Positions 1-11,574 of a stretch of DNA of 64,000 nucleotides are shown one piece after another. The notes under the pieces are model-generated. The model made no database searches. It had not been told where the DNA came from and saw only the letters and a program-made list of their open reading frames with translations. The DNA is from Tubiluchus corallicola. Taxonomy: Eukaryota > Animalia > Priapulida. Each line of letters opens with the position of its first letter. Positions within the stretch are counted from its first letter, which is position 1. The stretch lies in assembly GCA_030141605.1 (NCBI GenBank), contig JAQGDQ010001067.1, forward strand, positions 1-64,000, written 5' to 3'. The position numbers and the translations under genes were made by a program.

Positions 1-2360
1 TAGTAAAAGTTAATAATCTTTTTGAGATTCAGGGAAGTAACGATGCATGATTGCTGTGCAGTGATGGGTGTGAACTGTGAAGTCAGCATTTTATTTATGC
101 TTTTCTAAATTGACTTTTCAGACACTAACGCATAAGGGTCTGGACAGGATAATTACTTAAAACTTTTGTTATTTGCTTGTTTATTAATAATAAAAGCATC
201 TTTGTATGTTTTTACCACTGTACATGTAATTAATTTATTTGCAAAATCTGATGTATATTTCTAATAAAGGTTGTTACAATTATTGTTGACAAAGCATTGG
301 AAATTGTTTGTTTAACCCATCTTGGTTTTACAAAGCACTTATAAATGGTTTTATTACAAAGAGGTTGCATTTGGGAATATTTAGCTGTTACTATCTGAAT
401 GCATCTTTGTAATCTTACTGGTTGTGACAGTGTCAGAACGTCGTTAATTTACCATGTTTGAAATTATTCAACTTGGGACGTGCAGTATATGCAATATTTT
501 TGCATACATCTTCACTCGGGATAAAAATGTAGGTGGGGCAGTATGGCTTATGAAACTAAAGGTATATGGTCACTTATCAATTTATAACAACACTTTGCAA
601 TGCTTAGCTTCCATCAATGAACATGCAGCATGACCGTTATGGTCTCATTTTGAAATTGTAAGCAAGGAGGTGAAGCTTGTGTTTTCGCCATCTTATGCAG
701 TAATACTGTGCAGATGGTAAATGGCAGAGATGGTAAATATATAGTAACACCATTTTGGCTGCTCTTTGGAGCCCACGTGTATAATACGTGATACATAAGC
801 CATTGATCCTGATTGTGAAAATGAAAATTACTTTTGCAGTCGTAATACAAATCACATTCGCAAATTAAACTACGTTGCTAAACCATGTAATATTATACTG
901 GTTTTAAATAACTATTCTAGAAGAGCTATAATTCGAATATTAGATTGTCAGTGTAAATTTTGTCGTATGTTTGTAAAGGTTATATGCGACAGGTATTCTG
1001 TCAGACTACAATACTGAGCGAAGTTGCGTATCTTTTTTACACTAATCCTGTCTATGGATTGATAGGATAACAAAAAAGCTTTTGTCCTGATGAAAACGTG
1101 TGAAGTAAAGCAATTAATGATGAACAATAATAATAGAATACGATTAAATTGAACTTGATAATAAAGTTGAGCAACTCTGCTAATTCTTGAAAATTTAATC
1201 ATGAGAAGACTCAAGCTAACAATATTATAATTAATATTGTTTTTGGAATATCTTTATCAAAATAGTGAGCATTATGCTGGACTGGTGGTAGATAATGAAA
1301 GATATGCCGTGCTTACAGAGAGAGAGAGTACCCTGCACCTTAAGAGTGTCTGCAATACGGCGAAAGGGCGCTACGAATAGTTCGAAATCACCATATCGCT
1401 GAATTGCTCTGAAAAGAAGACGAATATGTGACTTATCGAATTATGAATTTCCGCTAACGGAACTACTACTACAGTATCAATTTATTGGCTGCACAGTTTA
1501 TCAAGTTCAAAATTTAAAGTTTACGTTTATGATTTACCGTTTGGCGTAACACGTTGATAACGGATTATATATAAAAAATATTATTTTTTTAAAATGGATA
1601 TTAAGTAAATGGACATAAATGTACGATGTAGAAGCATTTGCGGCTTAAATAGCCCCACCGCATTAGCCAAGCTTGTCATTTTTTTGTAATTCATCACCAT
1701 TTGTACGTGTTTTATTACCTTATACTACAGTGGCCGCCGCTTATTATGGACAGCCGGTTATTGTGGACAACTCGCGAGGGACGGAATTTTCCCCTAATCA
1801 AATCCGCCGGTTAATATGGACAACCGCCGCTTAATATGGACAGCGAACATTCTTGGCACGTGACCAGCCGTGCCAACTGCCAACCACGGCCTGCGCGCGT
1901 GATTGAAAAGAGCTTCCCGCTCTGCTGCCTGTGTGAGTCATTGCATCAGTCAGTTCGCCGTTTGCCGTGGCCTTGAGAGCTTCGAAACTGTGATAACTTC
2001 CTTCCGTTCAAGGTTGAGAGAAAAGTTTCCTGCCAAACAAACTCGTCTGACTTCTTTTTTTCAATAAAACAGGAGACGAGTTGATACAGACAGTTTTTTG
2101 CCTTTTTTAATGAAGGGGAAGGGTCTTCATGGGTCACTTCGCTTAATATGGACAGCCGCTTAATATGGACATACACTGCTGGCCCGAGGTGTCCACAATA
2201 AGCGGCGGCCACTGTAGTATTTTATTATAAATTATTTTGTTGAATTTATTCTGTAACCTGTTGTGTAGTTACTAATATTTTATTATATTAAGTCTATGTT
2301 GAGCTTATTCTATATCCTACTGTGTGGTATATGCATAAAATTTAAAAATGATTTCTGTGT
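1..2360. repeat. Left arm of a large inverted duplication (may continue past window start)
   Basis: Reverse complement of 6005-8365; paired coordinates sum to 8366 (ORFs 614-850/7516-7752, 948-1214/7152-7418, 1946-2212/6154-6420 mirror each other). One internal mismatch noticed (2188 vs 6178). Confidence 0.97.
1728..2214. mobile_element. Tc1/mariner-pogo-type MITE (487 bp)
   Basis: TIR CAGTGGCCGCCGCTTATT(A/G)TGGACA at both ends, TA flanks at 1726-1727 and 2215-2216, internal repeats of (G)CTTAATATGGACA. Confidence 0.9.
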
Positions 2361-3563
2361 TGAATTATGAGAGTATTGCTTTTTATTCGTTATTACAGCA
2401 TGTTGAATGTTGTTGTGTGTCTCATCAAATTTAGAATAATTGTAGTCTGAAGATGGTATTTTAGATGCAAACGTCTGTAAAACATTACAGCCGATACTGA
2501 TAACATTTTTGTCTTGGATATTGTCACACGTTTCTGGAAGGCTTTCTGTTAAGGTTTCAACGGATATGGTTTCAAGTTTAGAATAATGCACAGAAGATGA
2601 GCACAAATCAGGAGGACATGTGTCAGGACGAGCAAAAGATGGTAATTTAGCCCTACCCGGCTGTAAACAAGGTTCGGAAGCTGAAAAGGTAGAATCAGAC
2701 CCAAAAAGAACAGAGTTTACAAGAGCGGTTGCATGCTGACTACGACAGCTAGGAAGATTTTCAATTAACACTTTTGTCCAAGTTAGGTCTGAAAAATTAA
2801 ATTTCCAAAGATCGTTACATGGAGCACTATCAGTTTCACCACCAAATATCAGCATACTGCCAGCCACCACACATGCACTGTGCCCTGACAAAGGACCTGG
2901 CCCTGATTTAGAACGAATTCTAGTCCATGACTCATAGACGAAATTCCATTTCCATAAGTCAGACATACGCTGCAAATGTGTAATGCCTCCATATATCCAC
3001 ATGCTGTCTGAATACACAACAGCGGAATGATAATGCCGTGGTGGTGGAACTTCTTTCACGCCACTATTTAATTCATGCCAACTACGAGCTTCAAAATTGT
3101 AAGCCCAATGTTCATTATTTGAACCGCTTAAATCTTGATAACCACCGAACACATGCATACTTATTTTATATACCACTACTGTATGACCTCTTCTGCTAAA
3201 AGGTTGTTTTGCTCCTGGATTGCTTGTAGCTAACCTTTCCCAGGAGTTACAAAGTACATCATAGCAAAATAAAGGACAATCATTCACACCATAAACACCA
3301 CCAAAAACATAAATTTTCCCTTTGTATGGTACCAAAGTATGCTCCCATGGTGAAGGAGGGCAGTCACCGTGAGCACCTTTGATTTCTGTCCATATGCATG
3401 TAGTAGGGTCATACTTCCATAAATCTTTCAAAGCTGCATGCCCATTTCTTCCACCATGTAAATACACACATTTATTGAACATGCAACAAGCATGTTTTGA
3501 TCTAGGTGAAGGCTGTGACTGTTCATGCACAAGTGGTCTTTCCCAAGCATATGTGACATTCAT
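2310..3563 (-). CDS. Kelch-repeat beta-propeller protein (LZTR1/KLHDC-like kelch region, no BTB seen), 417 aa, single coding exon
   Basis: Five kelch blades with GG/W signatures (YLHGG, YVFGG, HVFGG, WIYGG, LIFGG; P-R--H motifs). Polypyrimidine+CAG acceptor at 3622-3624 just upstream of the ATG. Confidence 0.85.
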   Translation of the reverse strand: MNVTYAWERPLVHEQSQPSPRSKHACCMFNKCVYLHGGRNGHAALKDLWKYDPTTCIWTEIKGAHGDCPPSPWEHTLVPYKGKIYVFGGVYGVNDCPLFCYDVLCNSWERLATSNPGAKQPFSRRGHTVVVYKISMHVFGGYQDLSGSNNEHWAYNFEARSWHELNSGVKEVPPPRHYHSAVVYSDSMWIYGGITHLQRMSDLWKWNFVYESWTRIRSKSGPGPLSGHSACVVAGSMLIFGGETDSAPCNDLWKFNFSDLTWTKVLIENLPSCRSQHATALVNSVLFGSDSTFSASEPCLQPGRAKLPSFARPDTCPPDLCSSSVHYSKLETISVETLTESLPETCDNIQDKNVISIGCNVLQTFASKIPSSDYNYSKFDETHNNIQHAVITNKKQYSHNSTQKSFLNFMHIPHSRI

Positions 3564-3663
3564 GCTTCGTGAACTGTTACAAATCTATGAGAAACATGTC
3601 TTCCAAGTAAAATAAACTTGCCTGCAAAAAAAACAAATGATTTCATTCTCTGTGAGCTGACAA

Positions 3664-4135
3664 TCTCTGTGCAACACAAACACTGCATTTGCCATTAATA
3701 ATAAATTACAAAGTTCTCTAAAGTTCTTTAGAATTACACCAATCTACTGCTGCTGCTGCTACTGCTACTAGTACTACCGCCACCGCTGCCGCCATCACCA
3801 TCTCTGTGCAACACTTATTAACACAAACACTGCATTTGCCATTAATAATGAATTACAAAGTTCTCTAAAGTTCTTTAGAATTACACCAATCTACTGCTGC
3901 TGCTGCTACTACTACTGCTACTAGTACTACCGCCGCCGCCGCCACCACCACCATCTCTGTGCAACACTTATTAACACAAACACTGCATTTGTCATTAATA
4001 ATGAATTACAAAGTTCTCTAAAGTTCTTTAGAATTACACCAATCTACTGCTGCTGCTGCTACTAGTACTACTGCTACTACCACTACTACCACTACCACCA
4101 CCACCACCACCACTACCATTACCACTACCACTACA
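3664..4135. repeat. Three tandem ~140-155 bp units with internal (CTG/CTA/CCA)n tracts
   Basis: TCTCTGTGCAACAC...AAAGTTCTCTAAAGTTCTTTAGAATTACACCAATC recurs at ~3664, ~3801 and ~3955. Confidence 0.9.
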
Positions 4136-4191
4136 TGAAAACTTTTCCATCTTGTGCATTACATGATTAAACATGTGTTTTATCACGATCA

Positions 4192-4193
<2 letters not shown>

Positions 4194-4235
<42 letters not shown>
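4194..4235. repeat. (TA)n microsatellite, probably the tail of the adjacent LINE
   Basis: Pure TA run directly downstream (minus strand) of the LINE 3' end. Confidence 0.9.
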
Positions 4236-4241
<6 letters not shown>

Positions 4242-6000
4242 CTATTGACTGATTAAGATACAGTCGAACATGATATTTTGGTTCAGTCCATAGTTCACTA
4301 CAAAAAAGGAGTTTTGATCATATAACATGATCATTACTGCCCAAAACTAGCTAAAGAATTATTTAAAAATTCTCACTACACACTTACGATCACATAACAT
4401 GATCATTACTGTCCAAAAATAGCTCAATGGTTATTTACAAATTTACGATAAACACTTTTGATCACATAACATGATCATTACTGTCCAAAAATCGCTAAAG
4501 AGTTATTTATAAATTCACAATATGACATTGGGCTTCCATTGAAAAATTCATGCAGATCGTTGAAGTTCAGTTCAGTGTTATCTTCACGACAGTGATTCGT
4601 AAGTGGACAAAAACAGATAACATGCTCTTCTGTTTGAATGTTTAAGCCAGGACAGGAGCATAGCCTGTCTTCTCTTTTTATCCTTGCCCATCTTCCAGTC
4701 TCAATAGCTAGGTTATGTGAGGAGAGGCGTAACTGAGATGTTTTAATCCTATGGAGCACATTTACTTTAACACTATACATTGCACTGACAGAAAGTTTGG
4801 GATTCAGATAGAGATAGGTGCACAGTTTAGTTCTTTCGGAATCCCTGATACGTTGTTTTGTGTTCTCGAAGTCGTCAGAGGTAATATCCATTTTACGTAT
4901 TGTATACATATTGTACACATGGTGTATTCGCTTCCGAGCACAAATTCCACACGATTGAAAATGGACCAGGGCTCATTGGCTCTCGATTCGATTATCCGTT
5001 TAAAGAACTTTGATTGAACGTTTTGAACGTACACTTTGGCAGAAGGTAATCCTAGCTCGACTAAACATAAGTCATTAGCGGTTGTCTTCCTGACGCCAGG
5101 TAAGCTTTTCTTCACAATGTTTTTCCAGTGAGGGCTGTAACTTTCCTGAAGCACTGAACACAGATCCGAGATAAACGTAATACTCACATATCCTAATTAC
5201 TACGTTCTCGCGGGTGATAACTCTTTTATCTCTTTCGTTACCGTTAATAACCATAAATTTGGTTTTAGATTCGTTAATTACCATTCCTGACTCACGACAA
5301 AATTCTTCAAGGATGCCTATCTTTTCCAGAAGTCCTTCTCTGGTTGTCGATAGGATAACTGTATCATCCATCAATAACAAACAGTGAAGCATCCCTAGAA
5401 AACCATCTGGTCTGCACTTTTCCTTGAGGTTTCTTATAAGTTTATTAACGTAGAGTGTGAACAGAAAACACGAGGAAGGGGATCCTTGCTTAACACCTAA
5501 GGTTACACTTATTATAGCAGCTCCTAATACTAATTGTGTATTACTGTTCAAGGCAGCAATTGCACAAAGCATAATGATACCACATCCAAGAGCTTTAAGC
5601 GAGACTATGAGACCGTGCCTGGGGACATGCCTTGGAAAAGTCAACGAACAGCACAGACAGTTTAACTTTCCGAAATAAGGCATAGTCCATCAGGAATCTG
5701 AGTAACGATCCATTCAGTGCAACTTCGACCTTTCTGAGCACCTGCCTGTTCCCTGGCGGGTGAAAACCACATATTAAGGCGTCTACACAGGATCCTATCA
5801 TAAACCTTGGCAATTGAGTCCATTATAGAAATTCCTTTAATTATCACAAGACATTCGACTACCTTTCTTGAAAATAGTCACAAGTCTGTTTAAGCACAAT
5901 GAACGTGGGAAAGTTCGACACTCGTACCGTACTACAAAATGGGTTAGAATGTAAAAAATCACCATTTTCCTTTAAGTAAGATGCCACTTGTCCCCGGTTA
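4236..6000 (-). mobile_element. 5'-truncated, frameshifted non-LTR retrotransposon (RTEX-like) RT region
   Basis: Across frames: RLVTIFKKG, GISIMDSIAKVYD, REQAGAQKGRSC, LFVDFSKA, GVKQGSPSSCFLF, LLLMDDTV, YVYLG, and C-terminal RLSSHNLAIETGRW...RLCSC...EEHVICFCP; stop at 4478. Confidence 0.9.
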
Positions 6001-6004
6001 GATT

Positions 6005-8365
6005 ACACAGAAAATAATTTTTAAATTTTATGCATATACCACACAGTAGGATATAGAATAAGCTCAACATAGACTTAATATAATAAAATATTAGTAACTA
6101 CACAACAGGTTACAGAATAAATTCAACAAAATAATTTATAATAAAATACTACAGTGGCCGCCGCTTATTGTGGACACGTCGGGCCAGCAGTGTATGTCCA
6201 TATTAAGCGGCTGTCCATATTAAGCGAAGTGACCCATGAAGACCCTTCCCCTTCATTAAAAAAGGCAAAAAACTGTCTGTATCAACTCGTCTCCTGTTTT
6301 ATTGAAAAAAAGAAGTCAGACGAGTTTGTTTGGCAGGAAACTTTTCTCTCAACCTTGAACGGAAGGAAGTTATCACAGTTTCGAAGCTCTCAAGGCCACG
6401 GCAAACGGCGAACTGACTGATGCAATGACTCACACAGGCAGCAGAGCGGGAAGCTCTTTTCAATCACGCGCGCAGGCCGTGGTTGGCAGTTGGCACGGCT
6501 GGTCACGTGCCAAGAATGTTCGCTGTCCATATTAAGCGGCGGTTGTCCATATTAACCGGCGGATTTGATTAGGGGAAAATTCCGTCCCTCGCGAGTTGTC
6601 CACAATAACCGGCTGTCCATAATAAGCGGCGGCCACTGTAGTATAAGGTAATAAAACACGTACAAATGGTGATGAATTACAAAAAAATGACAAGCTTGGC
6701 TAATGCGGTGGGGCTATTTAAGCCGCAAATGCTTCTACATCGTACATTTATGTCCATTTACTTAATATCCATTTTAAAAAAATAATATTTTTTATATATA
6801 ATCCGTTATCAACGTGTTACGCCAAACGGTAAATCATAAACGTAAACTTTAAATTTTGAACTTGATAAACTGTGCAGCCAATAAATTGATACTGTAGTAG
6901 TAGTTCCGTTAGCGGAAATTCATAATTCGATAAGTCACATATTCGTCTTCTTTTCAGAGCAATTCAGCGATATGGTGATTTCGAACTATTCGTAGCGCCC
7001 TTTCGCCGTATTGCAGACACTCTTAAGGTGCAGGGTACTCTCTCTCTCTGTAAGCACGGCATATCTTTCATTATCTACCACCAGTCCAGCATAATGCTCA
7101 CTATTTTGATAAAGATATTCCAAAAACAATATTAATTATAATATTGTTAGCTTGAGTCTTCTCATGATTAAATTTTCAAGAATTAGCAGAGTTGCTCAAC
7201 TTTATTATCAAGTTCAATTTAATCGTATTCTATTATTATTGTTCATCATTAATTGCTTTACTTCACACGTTTTCATCAGGACAAAAGCTTTTTTGTTATC
7301 CTATCAATCCATAGACAGGATTAGTGTAAAAAAGATACGCAACTTCGCTCAGTATTGTAGTCTGACAGAATACCTGTCGCATATAACCTTTACAAACATA
7401 CGACAAAATTTACACTGACAATCTAATATTCGAATTATAGCTCTTCTAGAATAGTTATTTAAAACCAGTATAATATTACATGGTTTAGCAACGTAGTTTA
7501 ATTTGCGAATGTGATTTGTATTACGACTGCAAAAGTAATTTTCATTTTCACAATCAGGATCAATGGCTTATGTATCACGTATTATACACGTGGGCTCCAA
7601 AGAGCAGCCAAAATGGTGTTACTATATATTTACCATCTCTGCCATTTACCATCTGCACAGTATTACTGCATAAGATGGCGAAAACACAAGCTTCACCTCC
7701 TTGCTTACAATTTCAAAATGAGACCATAACGGTCATGCTGCATGTTCATTGATGGAAGCTAAGCATTGCAAAGTGTTGTTATAAATTGATAAGTGACCAT
7801 ATACCTTTAGTTTCATAAGCCATACTGCCCCACCTACATTTTTATCCCGAGTGAAGATGTATGCAAAAATATTGCATATACTGCACGTCCCAAGTTGAAT
7901 AATTTCAAACATGGTAAATTAACGACGTTCTGACACTGTCACAACCAGTAAGATTACAAAGATGCATTCAGATAGTAACAGCTAAATATTCCCAAATGCA
8001 ACCTCTTTGTAATAAAACCATTTATAAGTGCTTTGTAAAACCAAGATGGGTTAAACAAACAATTTCCAATGCTTTGTCAACAATAATTGTAACAACCTTT
8101 ATTAGAAATATACATCAGATTTTGCAAATAAATTAATTACATGTACAGTGGTAAAAACATACAAAGATGCTTTTATTATTAATAAACAAGCAAATAACAA
8201 AAGTTTTAAGTAATTATCCTGTCCAGACCCTTATGCGTTAGTGTCTGAAAAGTCAATTTAGAAAAGCATAAATAAAATGCTGACTTCACAGTTCACACCC
8301 ATCACTGCACAGCAATCATGCATCGTTACTTCCCTGAATCTCAAAAAGATTATTAACTTTTACTA
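6005..8365. repeat. Right arm of the large inverted duplication
   Basis: Reverse complement of 1-2360; exact pairing starts at 6017 (with 2349), imperfect over 6005-6016. Confidence 0.97.
6152..6638. mobile_element. Mirror copy of the 487-bp Tc1/pogo-type MITE
   Basis: Same TIRs, TA flanks and flanking DNA as 1728-2214, so copied with the duplication and not an independent insertion. Confidence 0.9.
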
Positions 8366-8602
8366 GCAAATTAATAAATAAATACGTAAGATTTGATCAA
8401 ATCATATCAAGTTATAAATAAAGAATTTGGTGTCACAATATCTTCTGTAAAGCCGGCAAAACTAAAAGTAAAAATCGGTTTATAAGCCAGATGTGGCGTG
8501 CTTAATAAGTCTGGTTATGTTCTAAAATTAATAGTTTCGACTTTAAGATACAGTGATGCATAATATAATTAAAGCCATTCAAAAATTTATGGTGTACTGT
8601 AC

Positions 8603-10951
8603 TCACAAAGCCAATTCTGGATGAATCAGCACAGCTGAAAATTTTGTTGGATAATCATTAGCAATTAATTTAACTGATACAAATGAAAATATTCTGATTA
8701 CCTGAGTGAAACAGTTTTCACTTTTGCCAACTTTATCCCACACCAATATTAATTCAGGTTTTCCCATTTGTTTTTTAAATGTCAAATCTTTAAGAGGGAG
8801 TCGTTCACAATAAACTCTTTTCACGACTCCCACTTTAATTACCAGAACATCAAACGAATGATCAAGTACACCCATCACCATTCCTTTTTCTTCCAGTGGG
8901 CCGCAAGTTCTAACAAATATGGCAAAAAACAACTGAGAACTCAATTCAGAAACCTGCTTGGCATTATTCTTTTTATCATTGCAGTGTTCAGCAAATGTTT
9001 GCAATTCATAAGAGTTACGAAGCGTAACGTTTTCACAGTCTATCGCAGCTGCCAGCAGCCTGTGCACAATAATGTCAGGATAACGACGAATGGGAGACGT
9101 GAAATGCGTGTATAAAGGTACATTAAGAGCATAATGATGGTAAGCCTCTTCGTCTTGTATAACTCCAGCACAAAAATATCTTGCTAGCTCCATAGGTTTT
9201 GCCAATAATGATGTCAGAACTAGAAAAAGAGCTTCACTGTCACCGCTAGAGCTAAGATGCTGTGCTAAAGAGCTCTGCAGTGAGGCTGAAGAACTGGCAT
9301 CAACATCAATACCATGAGAAGCGCACATTTCAATTACAACATCCAACAAACGACCTTTAGGTGGTGGGTGACGACGAAGCAGTGCTTTATCTGGGTAATG
9401 TTCATAAATTTTATGTGCAACAGCCATATTGGCAAGTAAAATGAATTCTTCAACCAATCGATGTGAATCCTTCTGCTTATAAACGCAGTATCCATTTGGT
9501 AACCCAGTGTCATCATCTAAAGAGAACTGAAGTTTCACTTGGTCTAGTCGTAATGCTCCTTCATCAAAACGCCGCTTCCTTAAATTCACAGCAATTTTAT
9601 TCAATGTCAACACACTATTTTTTATTGTTGCTAAACCGTGTGCTCCAAAAATTATAGGAAATTGTTCAAAATTCAGATCTTTCTCTGGGTTTTCTATCAT
9701 TTCCTGGGCATGATCGTAAGACATTTTAACACAAGAACATATTATTGTACGACCATACCATTCGTTGATAATCTGACCTTTGCTATTGATGTGCCATATA
9801 ACAGAAAATGTAAGTCGGTCTTCACCTGAATTCAAGCTGCAAAGTTGCTCACAAAGTAGCCTGGGCAGCATTGGAATTACCTTCTGGACTAGATACACAC
9901 TGGTAGCCCTTTCTAATGCACTGTCATCAAGTGGTGTGTTCTCTCTTACAAAATAACTCACATCAGCAATATGCACACCTATCTCATAAACATCATCCTC
10001 AACATAAACACATGATAATGCATCATCTAAATCTCTGGCTGTAGGGGGGTCTATTGTAAATACACAATGATATCTGAGATCCTTGCGGATATCATACTCT
10101 GTCTGAGGTATTTTCCAAGTGTTTTTTGTAGACATCTGAGGAAGGCAATCTAATACTGCAGAACTGAACTCTTCATAGTTTAAGCCATATTCAGCGAGAA
10201 AGCCTTCTGTTTCAGGTTCAATCTCACCCGCCTCACCTAAGCTTCGATGAAGCTTTCCTTTTGCCATTTTACTTGTCTCTGGCCAATCAGTTATTCTGGC
10301 AATAAACAAAGTACTTGCATAATCGGTTGGACGTCTAGAGAAATTTGTCGGACATTCTGACAGTGGAATGAGGATGCGAGGAACGCGAGAATCTAGGGGT
10401 GAAAACAGAGCAAACGTAGAATTTTTATCTGTGATAGGTTTTATGTGCCCAGCTGCACACCGCGAATGCTTACTCTGAAGTATCGCTACCACTTTTGCAG
10501 TTTTATGCGAATTTCCCCCATTTTCACATGCGGAGACTGATTCAAAATTTTGCAATTTTTCAAAAGATTTTGCATTTTCACCACCATCTTCTTTTACATG
10601 TTGAAATGACGGCATGGCATTATCAACGCAGCTTTTTTCCTCTGACAGGTTCAATTTAGATTTTTGTTTTAATGCCACAACAACGACATCCCCATGAAGA
10701 GCGCGATTGCGATCTTGCAAACCAATTATGCTAATATCTGTTCCACCATCTGGGTCAGAAATATAGGCTTCTTCATAGTTGCGGGAATTAATTCGAAGCA
10801 TGCCTTGAATTAATTCAGATATTTTAAGGCCATGTGACAGTTGAGATTTGGTTAAGTACTGCTCATAATAACTATTTGACTTTTTACTTGGATGTGGCTT
10901 GTCATGGCTCTTTTGTTTTATAGTTTTTTCCGGTAATTTCTGTGACGTCAT
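8603..10951 (-). CDS. DIS3L2: DIS3-like exonuclease 2 (RNase II/RNB family), 782 aa, single coding exon
   Basis: Cold-shock region (GMLRINSRNYEEAYI, RNRALHGDVVVV), catalytic motif TIDPPTARDLDDALS, GVHIADVS, SHRLVEEFILLAN, HHYALNVPLYTHFTSPIRRYPD, C-terminal S1 region; no N-terminal PIN domain, which separates DIS3L2 from DIS3/DIS3L. Confidence 0.96.
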   Translation of the reverse strand: MTSQKLPEKTIKQKSHDKPHPSKKSNSYYEQYLTKSQLSHGLKISELIQGMLRINSRNYEEAYISDPDGGTDISIIGLQDRNRALHGDVVVVALKQKSKLNLSEEKSCVDNAMPSFQHVKEDGGENAKSFEKLQNFESVSACENGGNSHKTAKVVAILQSKHSRCAAGHIKPITDKNSTFALFSPLDSRVPRILIPLSECPTNFSRRPTDYASTLFIARITDWPETSKMAKGKLHRSLGEAGEIEPETEGFLAEYGLNYEEFSSAVLDCLPQMSTKNTWKIPQTEYDIRKDLRYHCVFTIDPPTARDLDDALSCVYVEDDVYEIGVHIADVSYFVRENTPLDDSALERATSVYLVQKVIPMLPRLLCEQLCSLNSGEDRLTFSVIWHINSKGQIINEWYGRTIICSCVKMSYDHAQEMIENPEKDLNFEQFPIIFGAHGLATIKNSVLTLNKIAVNLRKRRFDEGALRLDQVKLQFSLDDDTGLPNGYCVYKQKDSHRLVEEFILLANMAVAHKIYEHYPDKALLRRHPPPKGRLLDVVIEMCASHGIDVDASSSASLQSSLAQHLSSSGDSEALFLVLTSLLAKPMELARYFCAGVIQDEEAYHHYALNVPLYTHFTSPIRRYPDIIVHRLLAAAIDCENVTLRNSYELQTFAEHCNDKKNNAKQVSELSSQLFFAIFVRTCGPLEEKGMVMGVLDHSFDVLVIKVGVVKRVYCERLPLKDLTFKKQMGKPELILVWDKVGKSENCFTQVIRIFSFVSVKLIANDYPTKFSAVLIHPELAL

Positions 10952-11574
10952 TATTTACGTGTTTCAGATTATCTAAAATAATTAAGCACCTATAAAAAAT
11001 AATAGAAATTCTTCAACAATAATAGTACAAAACTTTTCTGAAAAACTAAAACTTATGTGGCATCAGAGCAGCTTTTTAGAAATGAGTGAAGTAATATTGG
11101 GCTTTAACAATAAACAAAGATATAAGGCCTTGGCTGCTTATATTATATATGAAGGGATTGAATGAGAGTATTGCAGACTTGCAAAAAAGAATACATGTCT
11201 AGATATGATAGATAATGTTTCGAGGTCTTAAAGTGCTATAGGTAGTCACACTGTTACATGGACAACTATGCCCACATTATTATTATGGGCTTTCTAAACA
11301 GAGCCTAAGTTTTCAAATTTAAATATACTAAAAATAATACTTCCTATAAAAGTCTCAAAAATTTATTAGAATAAGTACTCTTCTAGAATCACTTACAAAA
11401 AACCCCAAAAAAACCCTGAAATGCAATAAACTGTATAAAAAAATTGAGGTGAGGCAAAGACAGAATTCATGTTCCAACCATACGATACCATACTGCCACT
11501 CTAAAAATACAAGAGTGGTAAACGTTAATCAAGCCATTATTCACTGAAGAAGCTTTAGCAATATCAGACAGGAG

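Noticed and set aside
614-2212. Short ORFs duplicated at 6154-7752
   Set aside because: They are identical only because of the inverted duplication; no recognisable motifs, and one lies inside a MITE.
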